A stretch of 63,915 bases of DNA, filler included, from Choristocarpus tenellus KU-1152 (GCA_964200185.2; 12 parts of 12 records of this genome joined end to end with filler, not necessarily neighbours in it); one strand, 5' to 3'. Numbered from the whole stretch's first letter, positions 39,607 through 53,400 are shown. Notes: generated by a model not told the origin, from the letters alone. Numbers and translations are program-made.

Positions 39607-40609
39607 CTAATCCTGTACATCTTGGGCATCTTCCATCTTTATCATCTTCCCCCTATCTTGTAGGAGCTCCAGCGTGTCGTCCCCTCTCCAGGTCGGGAAG
39701 TCATTTCTCGTGTGACTATCTTTGTTACATATGTAACAATCTATACGCCCCTTCCAACGCCCCTTTCTTGCCGAGGAACTCTTTCCCGCACTCACAACCA
39801 AAGCATGGCCATTTCCAGTGGACTTACCCATGACAATCGCTTGCAGGTAGGTCTTTGTACCTCGCCACCACCACATCTTCAACCTCCTTCACCGTCTTCG
39901 TTTCCCAGTAATCTACGAAGCTCTTGACTTGAGAGTAGTTCTCCCCTAGCTTGTTCAGAATGGTCGTCGCTAACGTGGCCTCTTCTGTTATCACCTCTCC
40001 CATCGACTCCAGTCTCGTTGTTAATCTTGATAACTCTGTAAGCCCTGGCGAAGGGTCCTTCCTGTCGTCAATAGTCAGCCGATCCAGCTCCTGGCGTATG
40101 CGCCTGGCCTCTGGCATGAACGCCGAATCAAGGGCGCACCACCCTGCACTCGGAGATCCAGGCACATAGACACATGTGGTCTTGCAGCATGATCAGCATC
40201 AGTTGCCACGCTATCCTTGCCCGTTTAGTTGCCAGTTGAAGTTCCGGGTTGCTGGCCATATCAGGAACAGCTACTGTTAGAGGTCGCTCCGCGTCGTCGT
40301 CTTCGTCACTCAGCGAACTCGGTGATTCTATATCCACTGCGCAGATGGACACCCCACAGATAATATCTGGGCCACGATGAGCTGTTGTACAATCATGAAC
40401 GTTAAGCGTGACCTGAGCCCTCACCGCAAAGGAGTAGAAGTCTTCGCCCAGCTTTCCTGCTAACGTTGGCAGTGATGTGATCTTGGTGGTGTTCGTTGAC
40501 ATCTTGTACAATTACTTGCTAACTACTAGCCTTGTCAATCAGCACAATGTCCCAGAAATAATCGGTCCGCTACGTAGCGTGTTGAAATATTCCACACTGG
40601 ACCCACAGC
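39607..40609 (-). mobile_element. Ty1/copia PBS and frameshifted gag
   Basis: Consecutive ORFs 40128-40511, 39824-40165 (RLESMGEVITEE...ILNKLGENY) and 39607-39882 with knuckle CYICNKDSH; PBS-like gctgtgggtccag at 40597-40609. Confidence 0.75.
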
Positions 40610-40956
40610 TTTGGTGCTTTGATGAAAGATGGTGAATAGCTTGGTGTAGATAGGCAAAGTTAACATTACAAGGGGTTTGTGGTCTCGATTCCGCTGACTG
40701 ACTTCAGGGGTGAGAAGGGTGTTGACTGCCATGAGGGGTGTGCAATGTCCACATGATGAATCAGAAAAAAATATATATAATCACAAAAAAATACTGCAAT
40801 CAGAAAAGAATATTATCACTGTGCAGGCTTCAACTACGATATACCGAAACATAAATCTGTCTCTACTTTTCCTCCATTACTCCATTACTCCACTGATGGT
40901 GTTTGTCTTTCCTATCTCCTCCACTGATGGTGTTTGTAGTGAATCAGCAGCACTAT

Positions 40957-43473
40957 CTACGAACAAATTGCGCATGCCGTATGCCATTGCCATCCACTCT
41001 GCCTCCGAGCTGGAGAGGGTGACGGTTGCCTTGAAGCTTTGGAGCGCCAGGCGATCGGCGATTCGTTTAAAAATAGTAGGTAACCTGTGACGACGCTCCT
41101 GCGTGTTTGGGAGTCGGTGCCCCAGTCGGAATTCCCATACCCCACCAAAAGCTCTCCCTCCCCTTCGTTCACATCTCTACTCCCCCGACCATACTGAATG
41201 CAGACGTCCAGTGTCCCTGCTACATAGTGCAGAACGTGTTGCAGTCGGCGCCAGTGCCGCATGCATGGAGATGCCATGCCGCCCTGCGCCCCAGTTCACA
41301 AATGCTGTTGGCTAGGTCCAGTCGAGTCAAGCCTGCTAGAAGCATGAGTTAGTTGGCCGAGGATGCTGGCATAGGGGTAGATGGTGGTATTCAGTTCCTC
41401 CTCGTTGTCGGGCGTGGCAGAGAGGTCCATGCCGGAGTCCAGTTGTATGGATGTGTTCCGCACTTCCGTGGGAGCCATTCCGGCCATGACGATGCTTTCC
41501 GCGTATAGCTGTTGGTCCAGGATAATGCCGTCTGCACCCACAGTGATGCCCACCCCAATCGGCTTGTCTGGCGTGCCAAGGTCCCACCTCTCGTACTTCT
41601 CAAGCAACGATGCCCTCATCCTCTGGTTCTGTGAAGTCCCCAGTGGTGGCAATGTCGTCCACGTAGGTGGTGAGGATGGCGATACGTCCGTCTGCACTCT
41701 TCCTGAAGTAGAGTCACTCGTCATATAGGCTGCTGGTCGACCCTTCTGCTAGAATGGTGCCGCATAGCTCGAGATACCATTCCATTGCTGACTGTTTCAG
41801 CCCATAGATTGCCTTCTCTGCCTTAACTGTACAGCCGTCCTGATCCTCCAGCCAGACGTCCTCCTGCTGCTCTGCGTTGATTAGGCCTGTGTAAAGTCCT
41901 GGGGGTCGATGCTCCAACCTGACACACCGTAGTGTGTCATACCCCAACACCGGGCTGAAGGTTTTGAATAAGTTCACACCTGCGTTTTGTGTGAAGCCGT
42001 GGGCCACGAGTCGCGCCTTATCTTGTTTCACCGTCCCGTCTACGGAGCGCTTGATTTTGAAAAACAATCGTGTCTTGATTACCTTGCTCCCTTGAGGCAG
42101 GGCCTTGTCACCAAACATCCCCTTCTGCCATAGCCCTGTCATTCCTTCTCCATGGCCACCTGCCCCTGCTCTGCATCCGGCCCCCTCAAGGCCTCCTTTG
42201 TTGTAGACGACTCGTCTGCAACTATTGCCACCTCCCCCATGAGACCCATAAGGCAGTACACGTCGTTGTTGTTCTGCTATATGAGGGTTTACACGAGGTG
42301 GTTCATGTCCGTTTCCACACCACCTTCCAGGTCCTACAGCTAGGATGTGAAGTCCACCCACTGGCCCTGCCCCAGCCGGGAAGATGCCCACTGTCCAGAG
42401 TGTGGGACCAGACGCTTCACCACTATCTGCATTGCCCTATCCATGCACTGGCGTTCTCCCATCCTGGGAGAAATCTCTTGACTTTAATGGGGTGCTGAGC
42501 GCTTTGCATCTTGAGCCCCACGCCCAATATTTCCACCCGCATCCCCGTCGTGTGTGCCTCGCTCGCTGTTGTGGAAGCCTCCTCCTCGCCTTCGCCATTG
42601 ATGTTCATGGCATCGTCGTGCTCCGACTCCCACAGTATGTTTGTCCAACTCTGGCTCCCCCACCAGTTCCAGCAGTTTGGCTTCAGGTTGGAACTTCACT
42701 TGTGCGGAGGTCACCAGCTTACCCTCCCGCGGGATCCACATGTGCCAGCACAGTGACGCCCTGTCGTGCACGACGAAGATCCCCTGCTTTGCATACGGGT
42801 TGAACTTGGCGTTGGCGCCGCGCTGTTGCTTGGTCTGATGTACGAAGCACTCCATCTCAAACACACTGAGCAACTTGTAGTGGAATGACTTGCTGGTCAG
42901 GCGCTTGTATGGTGTCTCACCGACCAGGTACTCGTGTGGCATGCTGTGTTCTTCTATGTGGCGGCGTCTGCCACCACGAAGAACCAGAACTCCTCTCTCA
43001 GTCCAGACTGGATCAACTGACTTCACACCACTTGCATGACCTATTTGATTGCACGCTCAGCAAACCCGTTGCTCTGGGGCGAGCGTGAGGAGATCTGCGC
43101 CATTTCAAGCCCTGCTCTATCAGCATGCGCTGGAACCTTACGCTCCACCCAACTCACCAGCGCCATCCCCACTGATGCACCTCACCGCAACCTCTTCTCG
43201 AGCCATTTTATCGATATCGGAGGTGGTGGCCACGTTTGTGGTCTCCATGGTACCTTGCTCTTCTTCCCCTCTCTTATCTGAAACTGGGCCGGCAGCATCA
43301 GGAAGGATCCCTTCTCCTCCAAATGGATCTTGGCTACCCCCTTTTTGGGCTGGATGTAGCCAGCTCCTCCTGATCCCTGACTCCACGAACTCACCTCCTT
43401 TGCGCCGCAAGCTTCCTGTGCTGGGAAGCCTACATGACGGACCCGGTTCCTAGAGCACATCCTGGAGCACATC
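40957..43473 (-). mobile_element. Ty1/copia pol remnant (integrase, RT, RNase H)
   Basis: VRCISGDGAGE (rve), ETPYKRLT, KARLVAHGFTQ, AIYGLKQSAMEWY, TYVDD, GYGNSDWG..TRRS..GY, IAWRSK and LSSSEAE, with many frameshifts. Confidence 0.92.
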
Positions 43474-44560
43474 NNNNNNNNNNNNNNNNNNNNNNNNNNN
43501 NNNNNNNNNNNNNNNNNTTAATTAATTAANNNNNNNNNNNNNNNNNNNNNNNNNNNNNNNNNNNNNNNNNNNNACCCCTTCCTTCATCCCCCCTCCCCGT
43601 CACTGCCTGGATATGTGTGCTGTTTTTTTCTATTACAGCCTGTAGGGCACTGAGTGTTTGCCCACCATACGTACTGGAAGAGAGATGTCACTCAAGTCTG
43701 GAAGTAGCAACGGGGGAGACTCTTTTGCATCGGAAAATAGCACCCACTGTACATAATCGGCTCTACTGACTGCATGTGTGAGAATCTATTTCAAACTCTA
43801 TGGAGAGGGTTCTATGCAGAAAAGATAACTATATTTTAGAGCACCATCACCAAAGGTGAATCTAAACCCACCCCCACCTTCCTCTTGGGTTGCACAAGCA
43901 CATGTGCTTCACAAGATTTGAATAATTTTCCCTGAGGAGTCAGATACAAGGTGACAATGATCCAGATCGCATGTATACCCCTATTGATTTGATGCGATAT
44001 TGGCGCACATTTCCTATACAGTGGTCACATGAGACCAGACCAAGATTTCTCTTTGTTGAGATGAATTTTGGGCAACTATAGAGCAACAACTGGAAAACCA
44101 CCCTAGTGTCTTGCTTGGCTTGTATTGTTATCATTCCACCTCGCCATGCTTTTAATAGTATACATGATGGATGCAGTGAGGGTGTCCAGACCTGTGGCAG
44201 GATGGTGGAGGGTGTAGCACAGCCTGGTGTGCTACTATGCTGTACATTAAAGGAGGGAATACCTGATCCTGGGTGCCAACCAACAAAGGCCACACTGGCA
44301 TGCTGAAATTTCGAACAAAATATCCCAAGTGCCTGAAAACGTAGCGTGCTACATTTCCCAAGAACTACCTAAACAATCCTCCCAAGCCCTGGTCCCTTCC
44401 TCCGTCCATGTTTGTACCCTTGATCCTCTCAAAAAAAGTCAGGACAGTGTAACCATGCCAAGCACCCTTACACACAAACGAAAAAATTGTTGATGCATAT
44501 ACATGGGCTAGCTTTCCAGCATTACTACAACCGAGATAACAGATGGTTTACTTGGTCTTG

Positions 44561-47511
44561 TCATGCATATTGGGGGGGAGGGGGTGCTGGGAGGCGAATG
44601 ACAGTGGCACAAATATCATCGTGGAGTACTCGGCGGGAGGACCCCAAAGGCAACTGCTTCAGGGTGGGCAGAGACATGCCATGAGCCTTGGCTGACCGCA
44701 TCAGTATTTGGTTCACCACTGCATCACTGGTTGCTGACGTGGCAGCACGTTGAGCACTCTTTTTGCTAGACCGTGTTCGTGGGGAACCTACCTCCAACCC
44801 TGATTCTGTGATTGGTGCTGCACTTTCTTCTGTCTTGCCACCCTCTACAGACAGTGCATTTAATGCCCCAGCCACCCAATGCACCACCTGCGATTGGTGC
44901 TTGGAGTTATTGCTGAACAAGAATAAAGTCCATACACAATCATTTTTTTTTTTCAAGTTTGGACAAAATCTATTGCTGTCATTTCAACTGGTGTGTGATA
45001 CCCACTCATTTGTTCAAATTTCGGCTCTAATCTAACAAAGATGATATGTTTGAATAAAATCATGGGTGGAGTTGTGGATGGTCATAACAAAGCTGTGATT
45101 AGAGCATGCACCCTTACGCTAATGCACACAACTACAACATTTCATGGTGAGAAAACGAAAAACCAATGTTCCCCACATTCTCATAAAAAATCATATTTGA
45201 AAAAGGCAGATTGTGTGACATGGGAAAAAATAAAGCTTACGACCTTTTTTAGGGGATTTTCCTATATTTAGGAAGGAGAAGTGATGTTTTAAAGAAGATG
45301 CATCCTCTGCTTCAAGTCTAATGATAAAACTGGGAAAAAATGTGGGGCAACAAACAAGGAGCAGTTTACACAGTGTAGAGAGGGTATACTGACAAAAAGT
45401 AAGAAGCTTTATATTGTTTTCTCCATAGATATATTACTACAGTACACATGTTCGTGTCTAGGCATGCTTGAATACAAAAACGTGTGTGAGGGAGTTTGGT
45501 ATGGAGATCATTTTGACCAATTACAGGACTTCCCTCCTTTTTTCATCTTCCAAATATTCTACGAGGCTATTCCTTTCTGCTTCCTCCACAAGTCTGTCAA
45601 CCCAATTCAGATCTCACGTAATGGAATATGTCATAGCGGCAGCAGCTCAGAAATTGCTGCTGAGTGTAAGGCATTCCTTACAAAATTATGCAACATACTG
45701 GTCGACAACTTTTCATTGCAAGGACCATATTTAAACAAGTGCATCACATCACCTCCTCATTAGTCGCCTGTTCCCATACGCCATCAGTTGCCAGCACCAG
45801 GAATTCATCAGCTGCATTCAGGTTGAAACAATTTACCTCAGGCTCTGCAGTGATGTAGGGAACTCTCTCCTGCATCCATGACCAGTCGAAGGTAAGGGTA
45901 AAAATGAGAAATGTCATTCACCAGCAGTATAGGAGGGACCTCATGTTACTTTGGCACTCAAGCAAATAAATAATGCAGAGCAAGTAAGCACACCAAGGCT
46001 TCATTCAGTTTGGGCTGCCAGTGATGGTGTTCAGTTATTCAACTTCCATTTATTCTCATACTCCCAATTCCACATTTGAGGAACATCAAAGGTGACACTA
46101 TCTTGCACAAGAGGGTGGGGTGTACACACAAGAATAACATCAACAATTCTTCTGGTACACACATACTAACTCAAATACCCAGAAGGAATTATTTCATAGC
46201 AGGGGGAAATAACAGGTTACGTTCATATAGTACACCATGTATACATCTAATTACCGCATACCACACAGTATCAACATGCATACACACCCAGAGGGATACC
46301 TTACTTCGAGAATGTCAGTACCTTGTAGGGTGTGAAACTGAAAGATGCTTCCTTGAGGTAAGCATCTCCAATGGCCCGTGTGACTGCAAGTGAGCCAGCA
46401 ACACGCTTGATCGCTGTCGCACCCTTCCACTCATCGTTTCGGCTCACACGGACTGCATTCTCATCACCACTGCGTGCCTCCACTATGGCGACCTCATCCT
46501 TATCATCACAGTTGTGGTCCCTTGTCAGAGGCACAGCATAGATTGCTATGTTACTGTTGCTGCTTCCACCATCATTCTTAAATGTTGCAGCAACCTCTCC
46601 TGTAGTCCCAACCGCAGGTCCTCCGGATCTAATTCCACCACCACTGTACTTAAGCCGAGTGGCATCAGAGGTACCGAGAACTGCCCGGCAGTCACCTACA
46701 TGTGCCACATACAGCTTCGAGCGAATAAGAAGGGCAACAACTACACAGCACCCAGCATTGATGTAACCTTTATTCTTCTTGGGATCAAGCTGGGCAATAA
46801 AGCTTCGGTCACACTCTAAGAATGAATCCACCAACAATGACCGAATATCTCCCTCCACTGCGTCAACTGCATCTGACAATCCCACCTGAACCCTTCCATC
46901 TTGACTTACAGCAGCAGTGGCAGCAGCAGTGGCAGCAGCAGTCGAAGCCCTCGTGCCAGTCCTAAGCCTGCTTTCTCCCTCGGTGATACCACCCACGCAG
47001 ATCACCATTCCCAGTCGCTCTAGAACCTCCCCTACAAGATGGTCACAAGTGAACTGTGCTGCCCGACTACCCCCGTGGCCATCACACACACAGTAGACAT
47101 GCACACCAAGATCTTTTGAGAATACTGCTACATGGCGATCTTCACCTGGGTTGTTTGCCTCATACAAACTGGTGTGGTGCCATGGTACCTGTGGACGGAC
47201 TGCTGCCACTGCTGCACTTAAGCACCCACTGACCTTCTTGTCGCCATCCGATTTGGGGTTGTTCTTGTGGCCCTTGAACGTGCCTTCTTCTTGGTGTCTT
47301 AGGCTTCGAGGACTTGAGCTGATGAAACTGCTGCCACTTGACCCCTGCTCATGTCCTTCTGAGGTCTCATGTACAGACAGAGGTGAGGAGCATTGCTTCC
47401 CTGAAAGCCGTTGGTTGACAGCACGGCGAGTGGACCAGGCTCTACGGTTTCCATCACTATGCCCCTCACCCTCATGAGCTCCTGACCCTCTCTCAGGGTC
47501 ACTTTCCCAAG
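44561..47511 (-). CDS. PP2C (PPM) phosphatase, last 3 exons (46322->47511, 45753-45869, 44561-44887)
   Basis: NNPGEDR, VCDGHGG, AGCC, AHVGDCRAVLG, LTRDHN, LAVTRAIGD, YITAEPEV, FLVLATDGVWE and RRVLHDDIC; phase-0 AG/GT junctions; frame is open to the contig edge. Confidence 0.93.
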
Positions 47512-48279
47512 NNNNNNNNNNNNNNNNNNNNNNNNNNNNNNNNNNNNNNNNNNNNTTAATTAATTAANNNNNNNNNNNNNNNNNNNNNNNNNNNNNNNNN
47601 NNNNNNNNNNNCGAAAAAAGGGTAAAAAACGGACGCCGCCCCCCCCCCCCAGATACTTTGACCCTGTGTCAAACATGAGTGGTCGGATCGTGCCAATATC
47701 AATTAAAATGCATTAAAGCCAACGACTAACCTTATCCAACACCTCAGCTGCGCACAGGAAGGGGGCACAGAGGGTAGCTCCTGGAAGTCCCAGGAGGACA
47801 AGAAGAGCGAAGAGAAAAATCTCGCCTCTTATCGCGGACAGCTTTCCTGCTAAACCATCTGTGCTCAGTCGTCGTGATGGCCTAGCAATTCGGTTAACAT
47901 ATCCCCGTCACATTATACTCCATGCGTAGTCACGCGTTTTTGTTACAACGCGCTCCAGAACTCACCTCCACAGGATGTGCAACTCTAATCCAACGACCTT
48001 AAAACGACGCTATGGGGATATTTCCACAATTGAGAGCCACATGCAGGTGTCAGCTACTGAGGTTAGGGTTTGTGTGACAGCAGCTACGTATCCTGCTTCG
48101 TTGTAAACAAATTTGTTACTAACAATAATAGCGGAAATTGTTTAATACAACCGAACTAGTAGAGACGCGCTCACACACACAAAAACATGCCAGAATATGC
48201 TATATTTTTTCAACATTATCTCGGAGGACACCTCACTCACCAGAAACAACCCTATCACATGCTGAAAATGTCGTATGGA

Positions 48280-48372
48280 TATCGTATGGATAATGAAAGT
48301 GCACTTTTCCTGGTTTTGGTCCAAACGGACACCCTGGTGTAGACCCCCCATCCCCCACAGATACTTTGGGTC
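48280..48372 (-). mobile_element. MITE family A, partial
   Basis: tggataatgaaagtgcacttttcctgg...ggacaccctggtgtaga...cagatactttgggtc; another terminus at 47641-47664. Confidence 0.7.
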
Positions 48373-51178
48373 ATATAAAACTGTTATTCGTTCCCTCTAA
48401 AAATATCATTATCCTGCACAAGAAATAGTCTAAGGGGTCCTAGGGCCGTCAACGAAAGAAGAAAGAAAAAATATGAGAAAGACAGAAGTAGAAATAACTC
48501 GTTTGTATTATCAACGGCAGACGAACAGAACCCAGTCAGGTCTAACGCACTACATCCGTAATACGAAATGTTAAATAATGTTGGTGCCATCCACTGACCA
48601 AGTGGAGTAGTACTAGTATTACTAACACTATAACCTGGAAAAAGGATTGAAGATATAATAAGAGTGACAAAGCACATAATAATTTCTCTCAACTGGTTAC
48701 ACCATCAACAAGAACATTATATAGCCAGCCCCCAGAGGCTTTATCAGCAGTTACTATCACCTCAATTTTTATTGATATCGGTGGTCCTTGTACTTACAGA
48801 AATTTATAGGTCTTTCCTATAAATAATACTACTCTTCTATCTATTCCATCACCTCAAAGCAATCCAAAAATAATATGATATGACCCACCTGCCGACTACC
48901 TCGTCACATCAGACTGTTTTGTGGCATCACGGAGCATGGCATGGAAGTATGTGTGCCTTGTGAGCATGACTCCCACGAGAGAGTGCATGGACCATCCGCT
49001 CACATAATTATTTGCGTCATGTGGTGTATCAGGACATGACCTTTCTGCTCGTCATCCATCCACATGACAATTTTCTAGTCTTCTAGTAGTCTAGCAGCCA
49101 TTCCAAGGAAGCATCTTCACATTGACGTACATGTGTTCACGTATCGGACTATTAATGATGTGGATTTTTCTCCTGAAAAGATGAACGCATTAAAAATAGT
49201 AAGCGCCAGTTTTTGCGTGATGTTTTGCTGGTGCCACAATTCGCTTCACAACCTATGTTGAGATGTACATCTTACCTTCAAACTCAAAATCTTCCTGGGC
49301 CTCCAAAACACCCCCCATGGTTTTGATGGTATCATCCCTATTAATCCTCTGTGTGCAAGCATTGGCTAATTTCCCACATAAACATAACGAGTGTAGCGTA
49401 GCTTCTTAAATTAACACAAGGACAGCCATCTTGGAGGTGGGATAGAGTACTGTCTTACAATTTCTGTGTGTATTTTTGATACACGATTACAGGGGCCCCC
49501 AAACGAAATCTGTGTCGCTAGGTGGGTGGGAGGGTGGGAGAGTATGTAGCGTCGTTGCCGCCCTCTATAATAGCATAACTACAGGCTGCGAGGTCCTCTT
49601 CACTTTTCCAAAACAGAACTCTTTCGAAGAAAAATAAAAATTGTGTGTTTCTTTTTTGTCCATCTCTTCAATTGGGTACATTGAAGAGATGAGAGATATA
49701 CCGAACATAGGGCGGTATGAAAATACACTAGTACATGACATGTAGAAGGGAAGAAGGGTGGAATGGCGATAGCTACAGATATCCACCATACGTCTAGCCA
49801 CAACTACTAAGGTCTTTATCATACATCGAATCTTATTGGTATAAATATATATACGTTTGTGTGTGTGTGGTGCTGTGGCAAAGACAACACAGACACAGTG
49901 GATCGCTGTTATGCTATTTTTCACTTTCTTTACCCTGGAAATATCTCAACCCACGGTCAAAGAGGCTATACACTACACTGCTTCCATACTAACGATCATT
50001 CCAACTATCGCAATACAAATCGGTGTACTGCCTCCATCTGTATCTTCCTCTCTGCACGCTGGGTTCAGCCATCTCCTATCATTCTGCCTCCTCGCTCGAA
50101 CCTTTTGCGGAACTCGCCTCGGTGCTGCTGGGAAATGAGCCCCTCTTGCCTTACCACATTGTTCTTGGTGCAGCACACTTTTCTAGTATAGCAAAATATA
50201 GCATAGATGATAATGTTGGTCTACAATCCGTGGTGGTTGCCGAGTGGACATAGGATAACCGTCAACCAGATTCTAATGGAAAGAAGTGTAGCGTCGATCG
50301 AGCTCAAACTCGCAATATTCATGCAGGGACCGATCTCCTTAAACGCTGAACCAGGAGGACGCTTGGCAGATAGACCATAGTTGAACGCAGGAGGAGCATC
50401 AACAGAGGACAGGTTTACGATTCACACTAATGATTGGGGGGAGGCTAAATGCATGACCACCTCGTTACTGATTATTACTGGAGTGCACAGATAAGAACAG
50501 GTGGGGAAAGCATTCTGGCATTCACTCTCATCAGAATCACCCTTTGGAAAACGATGTGAGACTAACTAGTGAGACTTCTACAATCCTATTGCTACTTCTG
50601 GTACTACTACTGCTTTCATCTCTACAATGACGAGACCTTGTTCAAATTAGTATTTCGTTGTACGTACCTGTAATGTCAAAGAAAGGAGAAAAACGGTAGC
50701 GTGAAAGCAAAAGGATACTGATATACTCTGGAATATATACATACATGAACACATCATCATGATAAAGATACTTGACAAAAGGTGAAGGATAGAGTGGACG
50801 AAGGAAAGGGGTGTACTTAGTATTTTTAGTATTATTGATGATGTCATCAGGTAGGATTCAATCAGTTACGATAAGTGTTCAAAAAAAGCATTCGTTCTGT
50901 CAGGAGAGTTTTTCCTTTTGTAAACCCGAAGTGCTCACAACCATCAAACAGGGAACACGCCTACACCTCGGATCCCATGCGTGATGTCACGTTATTCGAC
51001 CGTCAACGTCAAGTAACAGGGGATTCACAAAATTGAGGATGGAGTGGGACTATGAGGATGGTTGTTTTGCGAAAACGGNNNNNNNNNNNNNNNNNNNNNN
51101 NNNNNNNNNNNNNNNNNNNNNNTTAATTAATTAANNNNNNNNNNNNNNNNNNNNNNNNNNNNNNNNNNNNNNNNNNNN

Positions 51179-51419
51179 AGAGGGTAGAGTCGCGTCCATT
51201 TGGGGATCAAAATCCAATGCTGTGATTTCGATGTAAATTTGGCTATCGTGTGTTTTAGGAAGTGTCAGTATCCTTGTTCCGGAGACACGTTTCATAACGT
51301 ATACAGTTTTACATACTCCGAGATATTTTGGAGTAGGAGAATGTCATAAAACCCCAGAGAAACCAAGCCCCAAATGGACAAACAGAGTAAAACTCGTACC
51401 CTCTAAGATACTTTCACTC
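51179..51419 (+). mobile_element. MITE family B, left end cut by contig break
   Basis: Aligns along its length with 53785-54028; ends agatactttcactc, followed by (ATT)7. Confidence 0.8.
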
Positions 51420-52368
51420 ATTATTATTATTATTATTATTGAGTCAAAGTAAACGAGAGGTACCCAGGTTTTGACCTTTTTGAATTATAAGCCAGTTTTT
51501 GAACCTTTTGCAATTCATACCCATATTTCTATGGATGAAGTGCTAAGTTTGACTTGAGAGGGTTGATTTCTGTGTTGTTTGAAACCTTTACTACACAATT
51601 CAGAAAATGTCCTATACGCACTTGAAAAAACTGTCTAAGACTTCAACAACCATAAATGACAAACAATGAAGATTAACCCCACGAGTTTTTCAAAATATGA
51701 GCACATTATGTGTTCCAATAGGGGTATGTACGCGTGTAGTGGATGTGTATAGCTAGTAGAACACTATTCAACCTAACCCCGTAAAATTCCGTAGTCCACA
51801 CTCATCCGTCCATGTGTGAGGAGTTAATCATATTCAAGTCTAAATGTTTCAAGTATTCATGATAGTTTCAAATTTCATTCCGGAATACTCGGCTGAAATA
51901 GACTCTTAGTAATACTTTAAGAAATGTATTAATACAAGGTGGACATAATGCCTGCACCAAGTATCTGATGCTCTGCGAAGTTCCTCAGCATCAAGCGAGG
52001 TTGATATTTTTCCATTCTTGGGGATATTCCATACAAATCTGCCTATATATATTCTGTACATATATGTTATCTAAACGATTTTGTGTTGAGGAATTTTACC
52101 CAATGCGGGATTACATGTTTTCTGTATTCTAAACACACCCACCAATCCACAAATACTGAATTCTGCTCTCAATTTGAGCTTACTGGTACCAGTAGAATGA
52201 TGTCCAATGTCTGTTCTTCGTTAGGACACACACCCTCTTGGCCAAGCAGGGTAGACAAATATTTTAATCACACGCACATGCTACTGACCCAATGCTGGTC
52301 ATATTTTTTTGATGCTCAATGAAACGTTTTATGTGCAGGATCAACACTACCAAGGAACAGGTACAGGT

Positions 52369-52934
52369 TCAAAGGCAAGAGCATCCAATAAGTATCTGCT
52401 CGACCTCCACCCTTGGAACTTGCTGTTGAGTGTCTGCAGTTGTGTTGGTCATTACCTCTGTCTCTGTTTCTGATACTCCCACCTCTCCCTCCCGCTCCTC
52501 GTCTGCAGTTGACACGTCTTCCTTCCTCCCTTCTTCTTTCTCATTTTCACAGCCCTTGTAGACCTCTTCTCTAACCTTCTCCTCTTCACAGTCTTTTTCA
52601 TGGTTCCCAGAGTCATCCTCGTCCTCTAAAACCTCTTCTCCCCTCTCCTCTGCACCGCCCTCCTTCTCAAACCCTTCCTCCTTCTCACTGCCACCCCCTT
52701 GCTCCTCTTCTCCCCCACCCTCCTCCTCCTCCTCCTCTTCTGCTTCCCCTTCTTCCCCCCCCTCTCTTTCCATTTCCTCCTCCTCATCTTGCTCTGTCCC
52801 TCCCTCCTCTCCAGAATCGTCCTCTCCCCCCTCCTCTTCCTCTCCTTCTTCTCCTTCCTCCTCCTCCACTTCTCCAAATTCCCACTCTCATTCGTCTCCT
52901 CCTCACCATGCTCAGGCAAGTGCGCAGGAGGTTG
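52369..52934 (-). CDS. Glu/Gly-rich low-complexity exon or ORF, product unknown
   Basis: 166-codon acidic ORF; candidate acceptor ctctccgctag at 52935, although the acidic reading shifts frame near 52870. Confidence 0.4.
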
Positions 52935-53238
52935 CTAGCGGAGAGTACATGGAGACCAATATAACATTGGTCACAAATATGGAGAAGAGAAAGTGAGGGT
53001 ACAACCAGCTCTTAGACACACAGCATAATCATGACAAGAAGTTCAACGCCCCTCAATCTTGGCCTCAATATCAACAACAATGAGACGTTTGCCTACTTGA
53101 TCCAAACTATGGATGACATGGGCACAGAGTTGAGTTTTCCAAGTACAATGTTGAAATTTCAAAGGTGAGCATCCGTCGGTGTGTGTCATGTTATACATTC
53201 GTAAATTCTCTCATCACTGTTCTAATGTATCTGTGCTA

Positions 53239-53400
53239 GGCTGAACGTATCTGGGAGGGGGTAGCGACTGTCCATCTGGGGTCAATTTTTTCCATGTTGC
53301 AATATTTGGGTGATTTGGTTGCATACGTCAGATGGATAACGAAAATAAACTTTTCCTAACTTTGGTCCAAATGGACACCCTGGTGTAGATACGTTGGGTC
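53239..53400 (-). mobile_element. MITE family A, complete short copy
   Basis: ggctgaacgtatct...agatacgttgggtc; flanks gcta/acta (3 of 4 match); internal match to 5802-5953. Confidence 0.75.

Noticed and set aside
48384-48692. 102-aa ORF with signal-peptide-like and TM-like ends
   Set aside because: TTG start, AT-rich and without splice support; hydrophobicity is expected from T-rich DNA.
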